Shown: positions 10,009 to 24,863, counted from the whole stretch's first letter. The stretch: 63,581 nt of DNA, filler included, from Platydemus manokwari (GCA_037951405.1; 6 parts of 6 records of this genome joined end to end with filler, not necessarily neighbours in it), one strand, 5' to 3'. The notes: generated from the sequence alone by a model not told the origin. Translations and numbers: made by a program.

Positions 10009-12653
10009 AGACATTTTCTTATAGAAAATAATGATAATTTTAATCGAAAATAGATAATTTTAATAAGATTTAGAGAAATTAATTATAAAAAGCGAATATC
10101 AATTAGGAAATTGATAACGTGTTCAAGCAGAAATTATATCTTTAACATCTTGTCAAATTAACGTTTTCTCATTCAGTAAAAATTATTCCATGTACATTAA
10201 TTATTGAGAGAGCTTCACTTTAAAATTCCTATCTTCAGAAATTATTTTTAGAAATCTGTTTCTTGCTGAGGTATTTTTTCAAATGAATATCTTTATTGAA
10301 AAATTACAGTTTTAAATTCAACGCAAAATTAGCGAAATTATCGAATGTGACGTTTATTATTTTGATGTCTGTCATTCCCTTTCAAATGATATTTATCGGA
10401 TTGTTAACAGTATTGGCTTAGCGAAACAAGAAAAAGAGTCATCATGTAAAGACATGTTCTCAGAATAACACATCCACTGGGATTTACAGTTTAGCCTTTG
10501 GTTGCTCCTAATCACGCTGCTGAATTTCATCCAACTGGTGAGTTCGACTTTCCCTGAGAATTAGTTTGATGAAATAATCAGTGTATGACGACGAACTAGA
10601 AAATGGTATGAATTCCTACACAATTTGGGATTGATTCATAAAATTATATTTGTAATCGAAAAGAATTAAGAGAGGTTAGAGATCAATTCTTCTTTTAGAA
10701 CTTGGCAATATTTTTTTTCTTTATCCTTAGCTTATTTTAGGTTGGATTTGTACGGGTTCCACTGATGAGTGGCGTCGATGGATTGTATGGAGCTATTGTA
10801 ACGGAAGTTTTAGATTGTTTTTAAAATATAAACACTGAAAAAGAAACATTCTTACTTGAATATAAGGGCTAATTAAATTTAAATCGCGCTGCGTTACAAT
10901 GATGTTAAATATGAGCTCTCGATAATGAATATTGCCCTAAATAAAAATGCTATATATGAAAACATGTAGTATTAACACACTAGTATATTATGTATTACAA
11001 AAAATAAAAAATCCCAAGTCCAAAAATGAGAGTATTTTTCAATCGATCTTGTTGTACAGGCCAAATCCAAAATCCATTGAAATTGACCGAGGAAATACAT
11101 ATTAACAAACTCACACTTATTGATTGCAAAAAATCTACAAGATTACAATTCCACAAATGAGTTTTGAATAAATAAAATTGTGTTTGTCCCGAGATTGAGT
11201 CGATTAATAAACGCCTGGATCAATATTAAATTGGCTAATTTCTTTTTTGAAAAGATGCCTGTTAGAGACACTGAATATTTGAATATGAATGAAATTGACG
11301 TTGCTTGAGTGAATAGACTACTTTGATTCGAATGCAATGCATGTTAGCCGTATCTACGTCGTTTAAATAATCGAAATTATTGATTTCACTCATTATTAAG
11401 CTTTTATTCAAAATTTATTTCATTAAGACATTACTGGAACGAATTTTTACGAGAGTTTTCAAATAATTGCCATCATTATCAGAATTTGAATTTTTAAATA
11501 AACGTATGATTTATTTAATTTTCATATGACGTTCAAATTTCGTGTCAACAATTCAAAAATTTTAATCACTATTTTAATAGTCTTTATGATTATTTTGTTG
11601 GTAGGTGTGTTGTGTGCTCAATGTACCACTACCTGCTTTCGTTTGTATTTTTTGTGTGGACCACCTCACTAAATTTATTAGGCTTATTATTTATCGTTAT
11701 TATGTGTTTCCTCAATGCACTTGTGATAATTTTTACCTTCGTGGTATTATTTAAATTATTATTGATACATTTATCTTTCCATCAATTTCAATTTCCATTA
11801 AAGAAGATGAACAAAGGTGTAGTCTGACATTCAATACATTACCACATGCTGCACTTCATAAACGATAAATAAAGCAATTGATGGTTATTTGGCCATTAAA
11901 ATTACACGAAATTGATTTGGACTCGAAATGTTTTGGATTGATTAATTTTGTATTGATAAGTTTAAAGATTGATTTAGAATTTACAAAAAAATTTACGGAT
12001 ATTTAAATTTTTAATATCATGATTATCGATCTGCACTGGATCATCACTCAATATAAACACCAATATTAACTCAAAACAATTTCCATAAGTCTGCTATGAA
12101 AATAATGCTGTATTTTTTGTGAGTTCGCTAAATTTTACAGGCTCAATTTAGTTTGCTCGTATCATAAACCGCATTGCACTGCTAGCAACTTATTATAAAA
12201 ATAATTTCGATTTTTACAAAGCTTATAACCTATTGAATTCTCTTTTTCTATTAAATTTTTTCCTTTCATGTATTTTTTCTGTATTTTTTAAGACATTTTC
12301 TTTTATTTCTTCTCGAATCTACGCATTTACTTCAGTTCAGTATGACACTGTAAGAATTAATTCTACATTATTAAAAAGCATTATTCTGTTTTGTATTATG
12401 TGAAAAATTATTAGGATTTATTTAGCATATCTACAAATATATTACTTTGCCGGTATTATAAATATCTGTTTTCTTACAAGGCTTGTAAATTCTTGATAAG
12501 CTTCACCGTTTTTTAAATATTTATTTATTTTTTAAGATTTCATGATGGTTGTAAGCCACTACTATTTAAAAGAACGCATCGAAAACAAACTGTAAAAGAC
12601 TCGACATTCAATTCTATTTAAAGACAATTATTTCAACAAAATAAATAAAATTT

Positions 12654-12772
12654 AATATCAAATAAAATTCAATATCAAATAAAATTCAATATCAAATAAA
12701 ATTCAATATCAAATAAAATTCAATATCAAATAAAATCTAATATCAAATAAAATCTAATATCAAACTAAATTC
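12654..12772 (+). repeat. 17-bp minisatellite (AATATCAAATAAAATTC) x ~7
   Basis: Direct tandem copies, decaying at the 3' end (AATCT variants). Confidence 0.9.
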
Positions 12773-15700
12773 AAATTCAATTTGATATTCTCACAATGGT
12801 AATACCTGATTTTATAATTTTTCATAACTTAATTAATATTGTTGTGTTGGGCATCATTAGGAATCAAGCTTATCACTAATGCAGGTGGGTTCAGGTGTTC
12901 AGAAAAGGTTTAGTTGACTAAATACAGTCTCGATTTATTCAAAATATAAATTGCTCAATTATATAATATTCAATATTTTCCCCAAAGATCGAAACTATGA
13001 TTTTAAACTCAATGAATGCGAAAAGAACGGATTCAATACAAAACAATGTTATTATTATTATTACAATGATGGCGTGATTATTGTAAATTTATGAACAGAT
13101 GAAAATTCTTACAACTTTCCTTACAACTCACCATTTAAGAAAACTAATGGGCGAGCTCTTTGGTAGCAAGAGAGACAAACAATCCTTATTAGTTTCTGAT
13201 ACAAATATAAATTTTAATAATATTATGTCTGACGGCGCTTAAATAGTTCTGTTACAGGGCAGGATCGTCTTCTCAATATCAGCCCTCAGTTTACAAGAAG
13301 ATAGAATCGCAATCTCAAATCCAATCCTCCTATCAAAGCCTGCAACAGTCTCACAAAAAAGCTACAATCCAGATCCTATTGGAAAATGAATATCGACGAA
13401 TAATAACTTCATGTAATCTATCTAGTGTGACTTTACTTTCTATCTTTATTTTATGACTCTTTGTTTGATGTATAATTGACTTTAATTTGTGTGGAAAATT
13501 TTTTAATTTTATTTTAATGAAAAAATAATTGATTTACGAAAAATCGATGTATTTAATTTTATTTTCGATTTGTTTTATGCGGAATGATATAATATATTAT
13601 ATAATATATTATTTAGGCGAGATTTATAATTTAGGAGAAATAGATATTTGTTGAAAAATGTGGGCGGGCGAAAGGGAAAATTGAAATTAATAATGTAGGC
13701 TGATTTATTTTTAAATAAAATTATCAAAGTTGGAAAAAGAAAATAATTTTAAAATCCAGGAAAAGAAAATAATAAAAATTTGATTATTCATAATCAGCAT
13801 AAGGAAAATAGCATATTAGCATCATGTTAGCATTAGGAAAATTAGAAAGTTCACTTACAGAATAATTCTAACGAATTCTTCCTGACACAATTCTGAGACA
13901 AATATTTATTGAATTATTGAACTTCAGTAATAAATTATAAAGTAAATAAATTTAATTTTATGGATAAAGCATTCATATTTACATAAAATCGGAGATATTT
14001 AACATTTATATATCAGCACAAAGGAGGTTCGATATCATGCCCTTCCTTTGTTGACCATTGTTTTGAAAATGCGCGTCTAAATAAACTGTGATTTCGAGTA
14101 ATTGGAAAATTTAGTTTGAGTGGGTTTTCCTTAAAGAGGGAAATAAAATGGTTTATTGCATTGTAGTAAACGACTTTGCACAATTTGGTAAACATGAATA
14201 AAAAATATTGACGTCATTTGTGTTATTATTTTGATTATCATTATAACTCACACATCTACCGGATTGACATCCCGCATCAACCGATAGTACAAGACTCACA
14301 CTAGAAATAAAATATAAGTCAATCTATTGATTAAATAAAATATTATTCGTTTGATGTGCTTGTTTTCTGTCTTACGTGTTAACAAAAAGGTATTCAACAG
14401 TTTCTTATGTGACTTTTAAGTCATCCATCTTCTCTCTTAGAATTATAATTGTCTTTTCTTATCTTCAGGATTTCTTCTAGTTGCTTCCCTTATATCATTA
14501 AATACATTTTCTGTCTCCGGCATAATGACCTCAATTTCTTGAACACATGATCGATTACTATTAAAGTTTCCTTTGCCTGACAAGTTAATGTCTGTCAACT
14601 ATTTTGTAACAGTTCCTTTGTAATTTTCTGATCGATCATGATCTGTACAGCCTGAAAAAGTTTTGATTCCTTTGTATTATGCTTGTGCTACGAATCGACA
14701 GTATTTTCTAATATAATCTGATACAATATAACACGAATTAATGATAAAATACAAAGCCACACATGTATGATGACCCCAAAAATCAATAAAAATATGTAAA
14801 AGAATACAATTAGTTATAAAAGTAAAGTGAACAACAATAAAAATAAAAATGTAATAAGAAAATAAATAATAATAATAATTGGAAATAAAAAATAAATGAA
14901 AATATGTGACATTTAAAACAATATTTAATAATTTTCGTAAATATTAAACTTATTTAATAGTTAGAAGTCGAAAATAACAGTTTTCAGTTATAAACGGAAG
15001 AGAGGAAAGACAATAGAAAAGATTATACTGTGATCTGTTTTAACTACTAAATTAATTACATATTAGCGGTGAGCTAGGACTAGATTCTGTGCTAAAGTAT
15101 TGAGAAGCCGTATTATGAATTTGTCCTAGTTCTATTAAATTAATTTTATATGGGACATATTCCTTTATAATATTGATATTCGACGCAGAGTTTGACTATA
15201 ATATATCTTAATCAGAAGATATATTTGTTTTTGCTCAGTGCGTATTGGAATTAGATTAGGAATCGGATAAAGTAATTCGATTGAGTCTAGTCGTTAAGTT
15301 ATAACAGTTCTAAACATAATGCATAAATATTAAAAATGAAATATATTTAAGTTACAGGTAAATGTGAAATCATAAATACCAGTTTCTTTATCAAATATAA
15401 TCACAACCAACGAGTCAGATAGATAATCATTTCATTAATTAAATCTCTATTAACAAATTATATGTAGAATCAAATCAGATTGAATATATAGTCAAACTAT
15501 TTAAAATTAATCACCTTAAATTATGTTTATTATTCAAATTTTGATTTCGTGATAAATACATTTAAAAATGTTTAAAATATTTTATAATTGTTTAATTTTA
15601 AAAAATTAACCAATTTTAATCTTTAAAATTATTATTAAAATAAATATATTAAAATTATATTATTTTAAAACAACATTACTAGTACTAATTAAATGATTAT

Positions 15701-15801
15701 TTTTAATTTTTTTTAAATGAAAATTTTGTATAGTAAAATAATCTAACCTCAAAATTTGTTTTAATAATCAATAAAGATTAAATATTTCACACATTTTTAA
15801 A

Positions 15802-16088
15802 ATGTCAGTTTTTCATGACGAAATTGAAATAGAAGACATGGAATTTGATGAAGAGTTGGAAATGTATTATTATCCCTGTCCATGTGGTGATCGATTTGAG
15901 ATTTCATTGGTAATATTTTTGTTATTTATTCTTATGTATTGTTATTTTGTTAGGAGGATTTACGAAACGGTGAGGATGTTGCACAATGTCCAAGTTGTTC
16001 ATTAGTCATCAAGGTTATTTACGAAATCGATGACTTGCCATCAACTGAGGCATTAAATGCTAACGGTCATCAAAAAATCACTGCTTAA
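15802..16088 (+). CDS. DPH3: Diphthamide biosynthesis protein 3 (CSL zinc finger), 80 aa; exons 15802-15909, 15954-16088
   Basis: [13 protein letters not shown]...[15 protein letters not shown] | [23 protein letters not shown]; 44-bp GT-AG intron in phase 0; TAA at 16086-16088. Confidence 0.96.
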
Positions 16089-16784
16089 GTTTTCTTGAGA
16101 AATTATACCTTATTTTGAATAAATTTTTATTTTTACTATTTTTACATATTTGTATATTTTGAAGTTCTGAATTTTATATTTATTACATTAAACGAAATTG
16201 TATTTTAGAGGTTAATTTAAAATCATAATATATATAATAGTGTCCAGTTTGTTAAAGATTGTTTTCGCCTTTTACGGGTTATTATTTTTACTGTAAATTT
16301 ATCTGGCATCAATTCTGAAAATGTTTTTTTGAGTTGCAGTAGTGGTTCTACTAAACGAACGACGTTTAGAAATATATTTGTTTTATGAAATTTTATTAAT
16401 TGTTTTCGTTATTTATTTACATTTGAATTACCACTGCAATAGGAATTGTATTCATCTTATCCTTCTATTAACTTTTAAGTCAGTTTTGAAGTACGGTCGG
16501 TTGGTAATTAGACAGCACTACCGACAACTGATGTAAAGAAAACAAGTTAATCATAATCCACATAGGAGTTTTGTATTGTCTTTGAGAAGAGTTCTTTATA
16601 GTCCAGAGCAAATACTCCTTATTGTAATGAACCTTTATCGCCTCAGTTTAACCCACTTTTAAAGTGTTTTTACTCATCTGATGTAATGAAATAAGGAAGA
16701 GGCACTGAAAGGCTGAAATGATGATCATCGAAAAATAAGATGAGTAGGAAAACCACCAAAAATAAAATTTTTATTAATCTAATG

Positions 16785-17264
16785 CAGTGATTCCTAAAGT
16801 GAGCGCTGCAAGGATCCAGAGGGTCGTTGATGAATACAACCTCATTTGGGAGGGTAATACAATAAGAATGTAGGAAAATGATTATTAAAAAATTTGATGT
16901 ATCTCGTTTGCTCAAAACGCTTAATTTGTCTTTAAACAACGTACTGTACGTTCTCATTAATTTTTATTGAAGTATGTGTAATCGCGCACTCAATGCTACT
17001 GCTTGTGCGCTTTGTCGCTTGCAACGCCGAAGGTGGTATTATTTCTGGGATTTCCCGTAATGATTAACTGAAATAAAACTAAAAGAAAGATTAGTTTGTT
17101 GTGATATCTTTTTAAAATATTTAAAGAAAAAGAAACATTAATATTTTTTATAAATTGTTACTAAAAGTTAATAAAAAATTGAGTGTGGGTTAGTTTGGGG
17201 GCGCTCCCCAGTAATATTTATTCTGAAAAGGGAGCAGTACACCCGAAAAGTTGGGGAATCACTG
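16785..17264. mobile_element. Non-autonomous hAT (Charlie-like) MITE, 480 bp
   Basis: Termini CAGTGATTCC...GGAATCACTG (perfect 10-bp inverted repeat). 8-bp TSD ATCTAATG / GTCTAACG (6/8, both differences transitions), similar to the Charlie nTCTAGAn target. Confidence 0.85.
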
Positions 17265-19534
17265 GTCTAACGTAATGGAGTCATGTCAGAATAATGAATG
17301 CAACATGAACGAAAACTATTATAATAAATGTATTACACGCCCATAATAAGCAATTATTAATACCAAGCAATTCTCTAAAATCGACTCAAACATTTATGAA
17401 AGAATTATTTGCTGTAACTTCCTTGAGACAAATCAGATTCTAAGAATCAAAAATCTTTATAATTTATCTTATTATAAACAGGTCGTTGATGGATTAAATA
17501 AAACGTCAATTTTTCTTGTAAATTAAAGTGACAAAAAACGGTGCAAATAATGAAATCATTGAAATTGAACATTATTGATAAATATATTCGTGATAGCAGC
17601 AGTAATGAAATCTAAATTGAACCGGAAATAATGTGTTACAATAAATGTAAACTGAATGGGAATTGCCCAAGCTAATTACCTGCAATTAGTGATGGGAACA
17701 AAGATTATTCATGAAATATATAATAATCTCAAATGATAAAATTTTAACTAATTTAAACAAAAAATAGTATAAATATTTACAAAAATAAATAAATAAAGGA
17801 AAAATCATAGCAGTTAACAATGGTAACCTGTATGTTTCCTTGACAAAATTAAAAAGAAATGTAAACATATTCAAAATAAGCAAATATAGCAGAAAGCTAA
17901 TCAATGATGGTTAAGCCATGAAAAATACTATATTAACCAGCAACTATTAGCAAAAATTAGAACAAAATATAAACGCAAGAAGATTTCACAAGATTCCGTG
18001 ACAACAAATTTGCACAATTAACTGGAGACGAATAATTATCTACTATCATTCTACTAGAACTACTATGAGTTAATTTTATTTCATTTCTATAATTGCTATA
18101 ATAATTCTTGAAAGGGGATTATTGTTATTATGCTTTATCAGTAAAAGTTCGCATTAAACATTTGATATTTTTTAAACTATCTCCTCTTTAATCTATTTTT
18201 TCTTCGTCAAAATTGGGTTGTATTAGTTCCAAATTCTGGTTGGTAAATCCTTCATGTCAAGACAACTGAAGCACAAAACTTACCATATCATACAATTGTT
18301 ATTTCATTGTTGTGATTGCAAATATTGAGCGATAAATATTCTTCGATATCTCATATATTGTTATGTTCTATCATATTGTTATATACATTTTATAGTAACA
18401 TATGTTTCGGCACTGCTAAGAGTTACCTATAGTGGGAATTGTTCAACCAAATATCAGTCTTAGCAGCATTAATAAACTTGGTTACGCACAAACCATTGCC
18501 GTTAAATATCCTCATCATCAAATTCCATTAGTATTGAAAACGTTAACTTCGATAGATTTGATTTTTACTTATCATTCTAGTTATTAATTAATACAATCAT
18601 CATTTTATCAATGACGATTTTAATCCTAAAATATCACAATTTTTTCTTAAATTTCAGAGTCAGTCCACAGTGGGAAATCCTGCTTAAACGATTATATTAC
18701 GCATACATTTAAGTAGCCAGAGTTATAAATTCAGATAATCTGGTTAAGTCATGGTGAGTCTTATATTTCATAAGAAAGTTTAAAAGGAATTGCTATGATA
18801 ATTTAATCAAGATGAAAATCGATATATTTGCGAAATAAGTTTTATCATTTTTCGAGATTTGCTCAATAAACCTTATAATTTCAAAAACAAATTTCGCTCT
18901 TTCATTGCGATTATTGATCTGGTAATTTATATTCTTGCTGCTTCTCAAGAAAGAGCTCTCGATTTAAATACTTATTTCTATATTTTGAACTATATCGTGG
19001 CACTAAATAACGAATATTCCGTTCAATGACTTATTGTTTCTGAATTTATTGATTTGAAATATAAGTACATGTAAAGGCATTTAATATCAATAATTTCTCT
19101 CTGGTTCCCGTGAGCCTGAGATAAATGGGCAGCTAGTGGAGATAATTATAATTTTTTTTAGCCAAAGACAAATATGACCCATTATCGATTTTTTTCTTTT
19201 GTTTTACTTAATCATCTCAACATTCTAATGTTTGTCAGACAAGCATCTTGAAACCACCTACCAACACGATAAAACATTTCACACATGCATCATCAAATCG
19301 ATTCTGTCATGGTAACCGCTATAAAAATTTCACCCGCCCAATTCTGATTTTAATTATAAATCGGATCTTCGTCCAAACGAAAAATCCAAACAACATCTTT
19401 CAGTGAAATAAAATGCAGCAATAAAATGAAAAGCCCTTTGTTTATAAATAACTCCATTTCATATTCCTAATTCTGATTGGTCTAAATCGACGAGTGTGTG
19501 TGTGTGTCGATATGAAAATAATTGGTTAACGAAA

Positions 19535-22150
19535 CTATTCTGCACATTTGCCATAACTTTCAGGATAGAGTAAAGTGGGGCCTTTCGATTGTGATTTTTC
19601 GGGTTCACCTTCAATCAATAATCTCAGCTTGTTGTCGGGTGGAGTCAACACGAACAGTCGATTGAAGCGAAGGATATTGTATACCTGAAACAACGGTCGG
19701 CACAGTTATTACAAACGATAAATTAAGATATAATTAACAACACAGATATGCAGTGTAGTGGAAAAGTGTTTCATGGAAAATGATAGGATTAATCTTCTCA
19801 TGGCACCTCAGAATTAATATTGCAATCAATTAAAGTCACTATTTTGCTAGACAAAATATGAACACTTGGTTTATTAAATCACAGTAATACCCCCCCCCCT
19901 ACCAAAACATTGCAATAATAAACCATTTTAAATCGGATTAGTATAGAAAATGCCTATATGACAAACCATTACATGATAATATTATAAAATATAATTAATA
20001 ATTTATCAACAAAAATATAATAATAATTATTAGTACAGATGACAAATAAATATTTAATAATAATATATTAATAAAATAATATATTAATAATATTTATATT
20101 AATAACAATAATAATATAAATAAAAATATAATATAAAATTTGGAGTAAATATACTTTTGCAGCTTGAAGTTCTTAAATACGTTTTCATTTCGTGCTTTAT
20201 TAACTAGTAGCACCTAACAGTGAGGCAAAAATAGAACAAATAATTTTAATTAATCCCACTTTGGTCGGATTGGAATATCTCGGATTTAGACTCTGGTCGG
20301 AGTGCTTTCAAAATTTCAGGTTTTTACTTTTATAATTCATATAAATTTCACAACTTGTCTCGTAGCTATAGTTACTGATGTGTGCATGATCAACATATTG
20401 ATTCTTTTCTGCACATTACACACATACACTCACTGTCGACACGTAGTTTTAATAGAGATTTAATAATAAATGTTATTCAATTATAATTATCAATTTAATA
20501 ATTAGTTTGTTTTAATAAATACATTTTTGAAAAAATGGTCTAATTCGAGTTTTTCCTTCATTTTTCTAAATTTGCGATTGCTTTAGAAGTCTTACGAGGG
20601 TACAGTTTTCCAAAGGTTTATTTCGTCCATTCATTATGGCTGAAAAAGACAGAGATAACGATGGAAATGAATCGGAAGACAAAATTGATGAATTGACAAG
20701 ACCTACGATATTGGAAGTCACGTAAAACAATGTCTTAGGCACTCGCATAAGCCAGAAACGATTGTACATGAAGATGTCAGGAAATTGATATTTATCCAGC
20801 CATACAGAACTGATTAAGTGCCATATTTATCAAATCTGACTCAAGGGGACAGGGCTGTAGTTAATAATAAAATAGAGTCCAGATATATCGAGATTCATAT
20901 TCAGTGTTTAATGAGAACTGAATAAATCAAGAGAGATATCAGATCTAGCCAATCAACATGTAGATATGACGGAATAATTGCTGATAATCAATAATTTTCA
21001 AACATATAATCTGATATTCAGAGATTAAATAAAGCACCGTTTTGTAATCTGGGACATTTTATAGCCCTGACCAATGGCTGTAGTCATAATAGGGCATCGA
21101 TTTCCTTTAAAAAGTAAGAATCACAGATAATTATTAATCATTATCAAAGTAAATGGAGTGAGATTGCGTAAAACGTAAAGCTCAGCTATTCAATTTGCAA
21201 TTGGATAATCTCTTCCATAAAAATGATCGATATTTGATTGATTCCACATCTCATAAAAATGACCAATAAAAATCCTCCATGAATCACCATAGAAACAGTA
21301 ATCAATTATATCAGACTATTGCGATTGAAATCGATATAATATTTTAACAGCTTACAAATTATCCATATCAAAATTTCCTGTCATGGTGCAACAGAAAATA
21401 AAACAAAATTTAATTATATATTTATAAAATATTAATAAATGTGCCAATCTAAATTGATAATAGAATAAAATGTGATAATTTAATAATATATTATGAACAT
21501 TATGCATAAAAATTATCAATCATAATATATCTGATCACAATAAACGGTTACTGCAAAAGCGATTTAAGAAATAGATTTATTTATTTAAACATTTATGAAA
21601 TTAATTAGTCGAATAAATAAGCATTTTAATACAGCAATTAAAATAAATAATTAAAAAATATAAAATAACCTTTTCTGGAGGTAATTTATACAAATCTGCC
21701 AACTCTTCTATGGTTATATCATCTCTATATTTTTCCATCATTTCAATCAAAAGAGAAATCGTAATCTTTCCTTCAGGAATAATAACTGGTTCTACTGCTT
21801 TTTCATTGCTGTTATCATCAAGATCATATGGTAGCACTTTCTAAATTTTCGAAATTAAGACCTTCTAATTGGTTGTACACGCAACAAACTTTTGGTAATG
21901 GACGATTCGATTTAGTTGGCACTCGCTTGCCCTCAATTACTTCTGTGCTACTTATTTCAAATTTATTAATTTCTTCTACTAACTTAACATTTTTATTATT
22001 TTCAATAGATTCAGAAATAAATTCCATTTGTTGAGGAATTTTACTAGCTGAACGAGGTTTTAATTTGTCTTTTTCTATTTGCTTTATTGCTCGATTAAGA
22101 ATATTCCAATTTTTAAAGGGCTTGATAGCCCTACTAGCTACAGCACCCAT
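19535..22150 (-). CDS. NDUFAF4: NADH dehydrogenase complex I assembly factor 4 homolog, 193 aa; exons 22150-21890, 21840-21670, 19684-19535
   Basis: MGAVASRAIKPFKNWNILNRAIKQI (family MGA...N.N+.NRA.+.I), RPLPK, IPEGKITI, ELADLYKLPPEK | VYNILRF. Two phase-0 GT-AG introns (49 and 1985 bp); TAG at 19535-19537. Confidence 0.88.
20600..21350 (+). mobile_element. Possible 3' end of an LTR element (polypurine tract + LTR start) inside NDUFAF4 intron 2, antisense to the gene
   Basis: Purine-rich AAGGGGACAGGG (20843-20854), then one C, then TGTAGT at 20856; locally raised GC. LTR end and TSD not found, so boundaries are approximate. Confidence 0.35.
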
Positions 22151-23304
22151 AAGTGAAAATTAAGTTATTCACAATTTTGAATAATGTTGTAATGTTGTTG
22201 TCAAAAAATATAAAAAAACAAATTGAATCTAAAGCTTTGATATTTGAAATGCTATAAAGAAATTATTATTTAAACAAACTCAATTACATAATATATAAAG
22301 TTATCAAACAAAAGTTGAATTGAAAATTTGTGTATATTAAGCTTCTTCACATATAAAATTAAGTAATATCTATTATGTAAATGTAAAATTAAATAATCAC
22401 ATAAAAATTATGTCGTAAACTCGAAAGTTGTCAAATACTTTTAGTCATATTGTTCACTGGAAAATTCGAATAGTTGTTAACTGAACAGAACATTTTAGTC
22501 TGGTTTTCCTTTAAATGTTGATAATTCTTATTTAACTATTTCGAAATTTTTATTTGCTTTCCACTGGATCTGTGTATTGTTAAACTCAACATTTCGAGCT
22601 CTTCACTTCTTTGTCTAACTTAGCATTAATATTTATCATGTGTGAAGACCTGCATTTTGGTCAACTAGTACATAACGATTATTTATTCGTTTGTAATTAC
22701 CCCATATAGGTTTACCAAAACATTAAAATTTAATTCAAATAACGTATTATTCAATGAATGTTCCAAAAATATACAAGTCGTCAAATAAATTTAGTTCAAA
22801 CTTAAAATCCAAAGATTTTTCAATAAAGAAGAATGAATGAACTTGCATAGAACGCAAGTGTTTTAAAGTTTCTCACTAAGATTTTATGAATATATGTTTA
22901 AACACCGACATTGGGCTTCTAAACTAACAACAATTTTGGCGCAGTTGAAGACAAACTATTTTGGACTCAGTGCTTGAAAGACTTTGTAATATTTTGGCTA
23001 TTATTTTGAAATATGGGATTAAAATAAAAACGACGGTTATCTGCAATCAAATGAAATTTGAAAAACACCTCTCAAGATACAGAATAATATTAAGAATCAT
23101 TAGGTTTTTATTGATGAAGTTCATGGAATTTATATAGCCCGTTATTCACTAGTGATAAAATCAAACTGTTTTCGGGGACGCGCGGACGATTCTTTCCAAA
23201 ACAGGGTATTAAGGGCGATTATCTGACTATTATTGTACTTGAAAGTATTATGTATTGATATAAAGTCATCAGATAAATTTCTGTAACAATTTTTGTTTAA
23301 ATTA

Positions 23305-23375
23305 TCATTATTACTATTATTATTACTGTTATAATAATAATAATAATAATAATAATAATTATTATTATTATCATT
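23305..23375. repeat. (TTA)n/(TAA)n microsatellite with inverted halves
   Basis: Visible trinucleotide runs; explains the N/Y-rich ORF 23142..23378. Confidence 0.85.
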
Positions 23376-24617
23376 CATAATATTTTATTTCTATATAATA
23401 TTTATAAAAATAATTTTACACACAGCAGAAAGAAAACTTGATTAAAATAACGTATCAAAATCTTCTTAGAAATTATCCTACTGATTGAAATTCCTATAAA
23501 ATAAACGCTTATAAATTGCCAGTCATCTGTTAGAGTGTTCAATAATTCGTGACAAAATAAAATACTCATGCAGAATAAATTTAATCACAAAGACTTTTTC
23601 CCTGCAATAATAAATTTAATGGTTAAGAATATCTCCCTGTTATGATAAATTCATACTTATAAAACATTCCAGGCATTGAACAAATTTCCATAGAGAATAC
23701 CTACGTCAATGCCTATGTAAGATAGGAGCTCGAATTACTATATGCACAAACCAAAGAATCTATAATAGCTAGTCTACAATTGCTGTATTGGTGTTGTTGG
23801 GTACATTCAGTCCACATTCAAACCCACATTAATAATGTGAATAAGCTAACCCGAAAATTAATTTGAAAATCCGCGTCGTCATGGTAATTTTAAAATTTCA
23901 TTCACATCACCATGGTGATTTACATATTAATAAGGCGAAATCATTAGTGACGTTGAATCACCAATGAAAATAAATAAATTACTTAGGGAGAAAATAAATT
24001 GCGGAAAATTAATCATCACTGCCACGAAAAATCTGGGTATATAAACCCAGCCCAAAATTTAAAAATCGCCAATTCATTTCAGCATTTTAATCGCACATTA
24101 AATTCTGCAAAATATATCCCACATTAATCTTAGCGTATTGTTCCAACGCTCAACTTAGGGCATCGTTTCAGCACTGACATTGATTAGCAGTAATCGGTAT
24201 TCGAACTTATCTTCGCTCATTCTTCTTGGGAGGACCTCAATCCAGTGGAATTCTTCAATCAATTAGTATCAATCCGCTTAGGGATATTCCTCACCCATTA
24301 AGCTTCGAGACCGCATCATCCGATAGTTATTAGATTTATCAATCAACATCAATGGCTTAAATTTGGAATTCATCAATTTATGCCAATGGTAAATATTCTT
24401 GATTTAAACTTGATCATCCGCTCACAAAGCTCGATGAGATTCACAGGGATAAAAAACTAAATTGTAAAGCCGAAACGGTGTGCAAACTAAATTCATTTCC
24501 TAAGTTTATTTTCCGAAGTAGGACAGCACCTAGTTCCCTATGCCGGTTATTCCTCATCTAAATCTCACACTAAATCTCTGTTAATATTTTAGCATTCCAC
24601 ATTCGATAATTTTATAT

Positions 24618-24691
24618 TATTAGGTTGTCCCATATGAAATGTCCGATTTTTATATATTGAACTTTAAATCAAAATTTTTTAAAAACTACTT
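24618..24691 (+). mobile_element. Mariner-like terminal fragment at a contig end
   Basis: TA followed by TTAGGTTGTCCCATATGAAATG, resembling TTAGGTTG-type mariner TIR starts; cut off by the linker. Confidence 0.5.
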
Positions 24692-24791
24692 NNNNNNNNN
24701 NNNNNNNNNNNNNNNNNNNNNNNNNNNNNNNNNNNTTAATTAATTAANNNNNNNNNNNNNNNNNNNNNNNNNNNNNNNNNNNNNNNNNNNN
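24692..24791. other. Artificial contig linker N44-TTAATTAATTAA-N44
   Basis: Same 100-bp spacer. Confidence 0.95.
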
Positions 24792-24863
24792 GTTTAAATG
24801 ATTTGGTAAAACAAAAACTTTAAACAACTAAAAAACATGAATAACTTTTGACTCAGCCTAATA
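24792..24863 (-). mobile_element. Mariner-like terminal fragment at a contig start
   Basis: Reverse complement reads TA-TTAGGCTGAGTCAAAAG, a mariner-type TIR different from the one left of the linker. Confidence 0.45.

Noticed and set aside
12654-12772. CRISPR-like array
   Set aside because: Head-to-tail 17-mers with no spacers, in eukaryotic DNA.
23142-23378. N/Y-rich ORF
   Set aside because: Translation of a TAA/TTA microsatellite.
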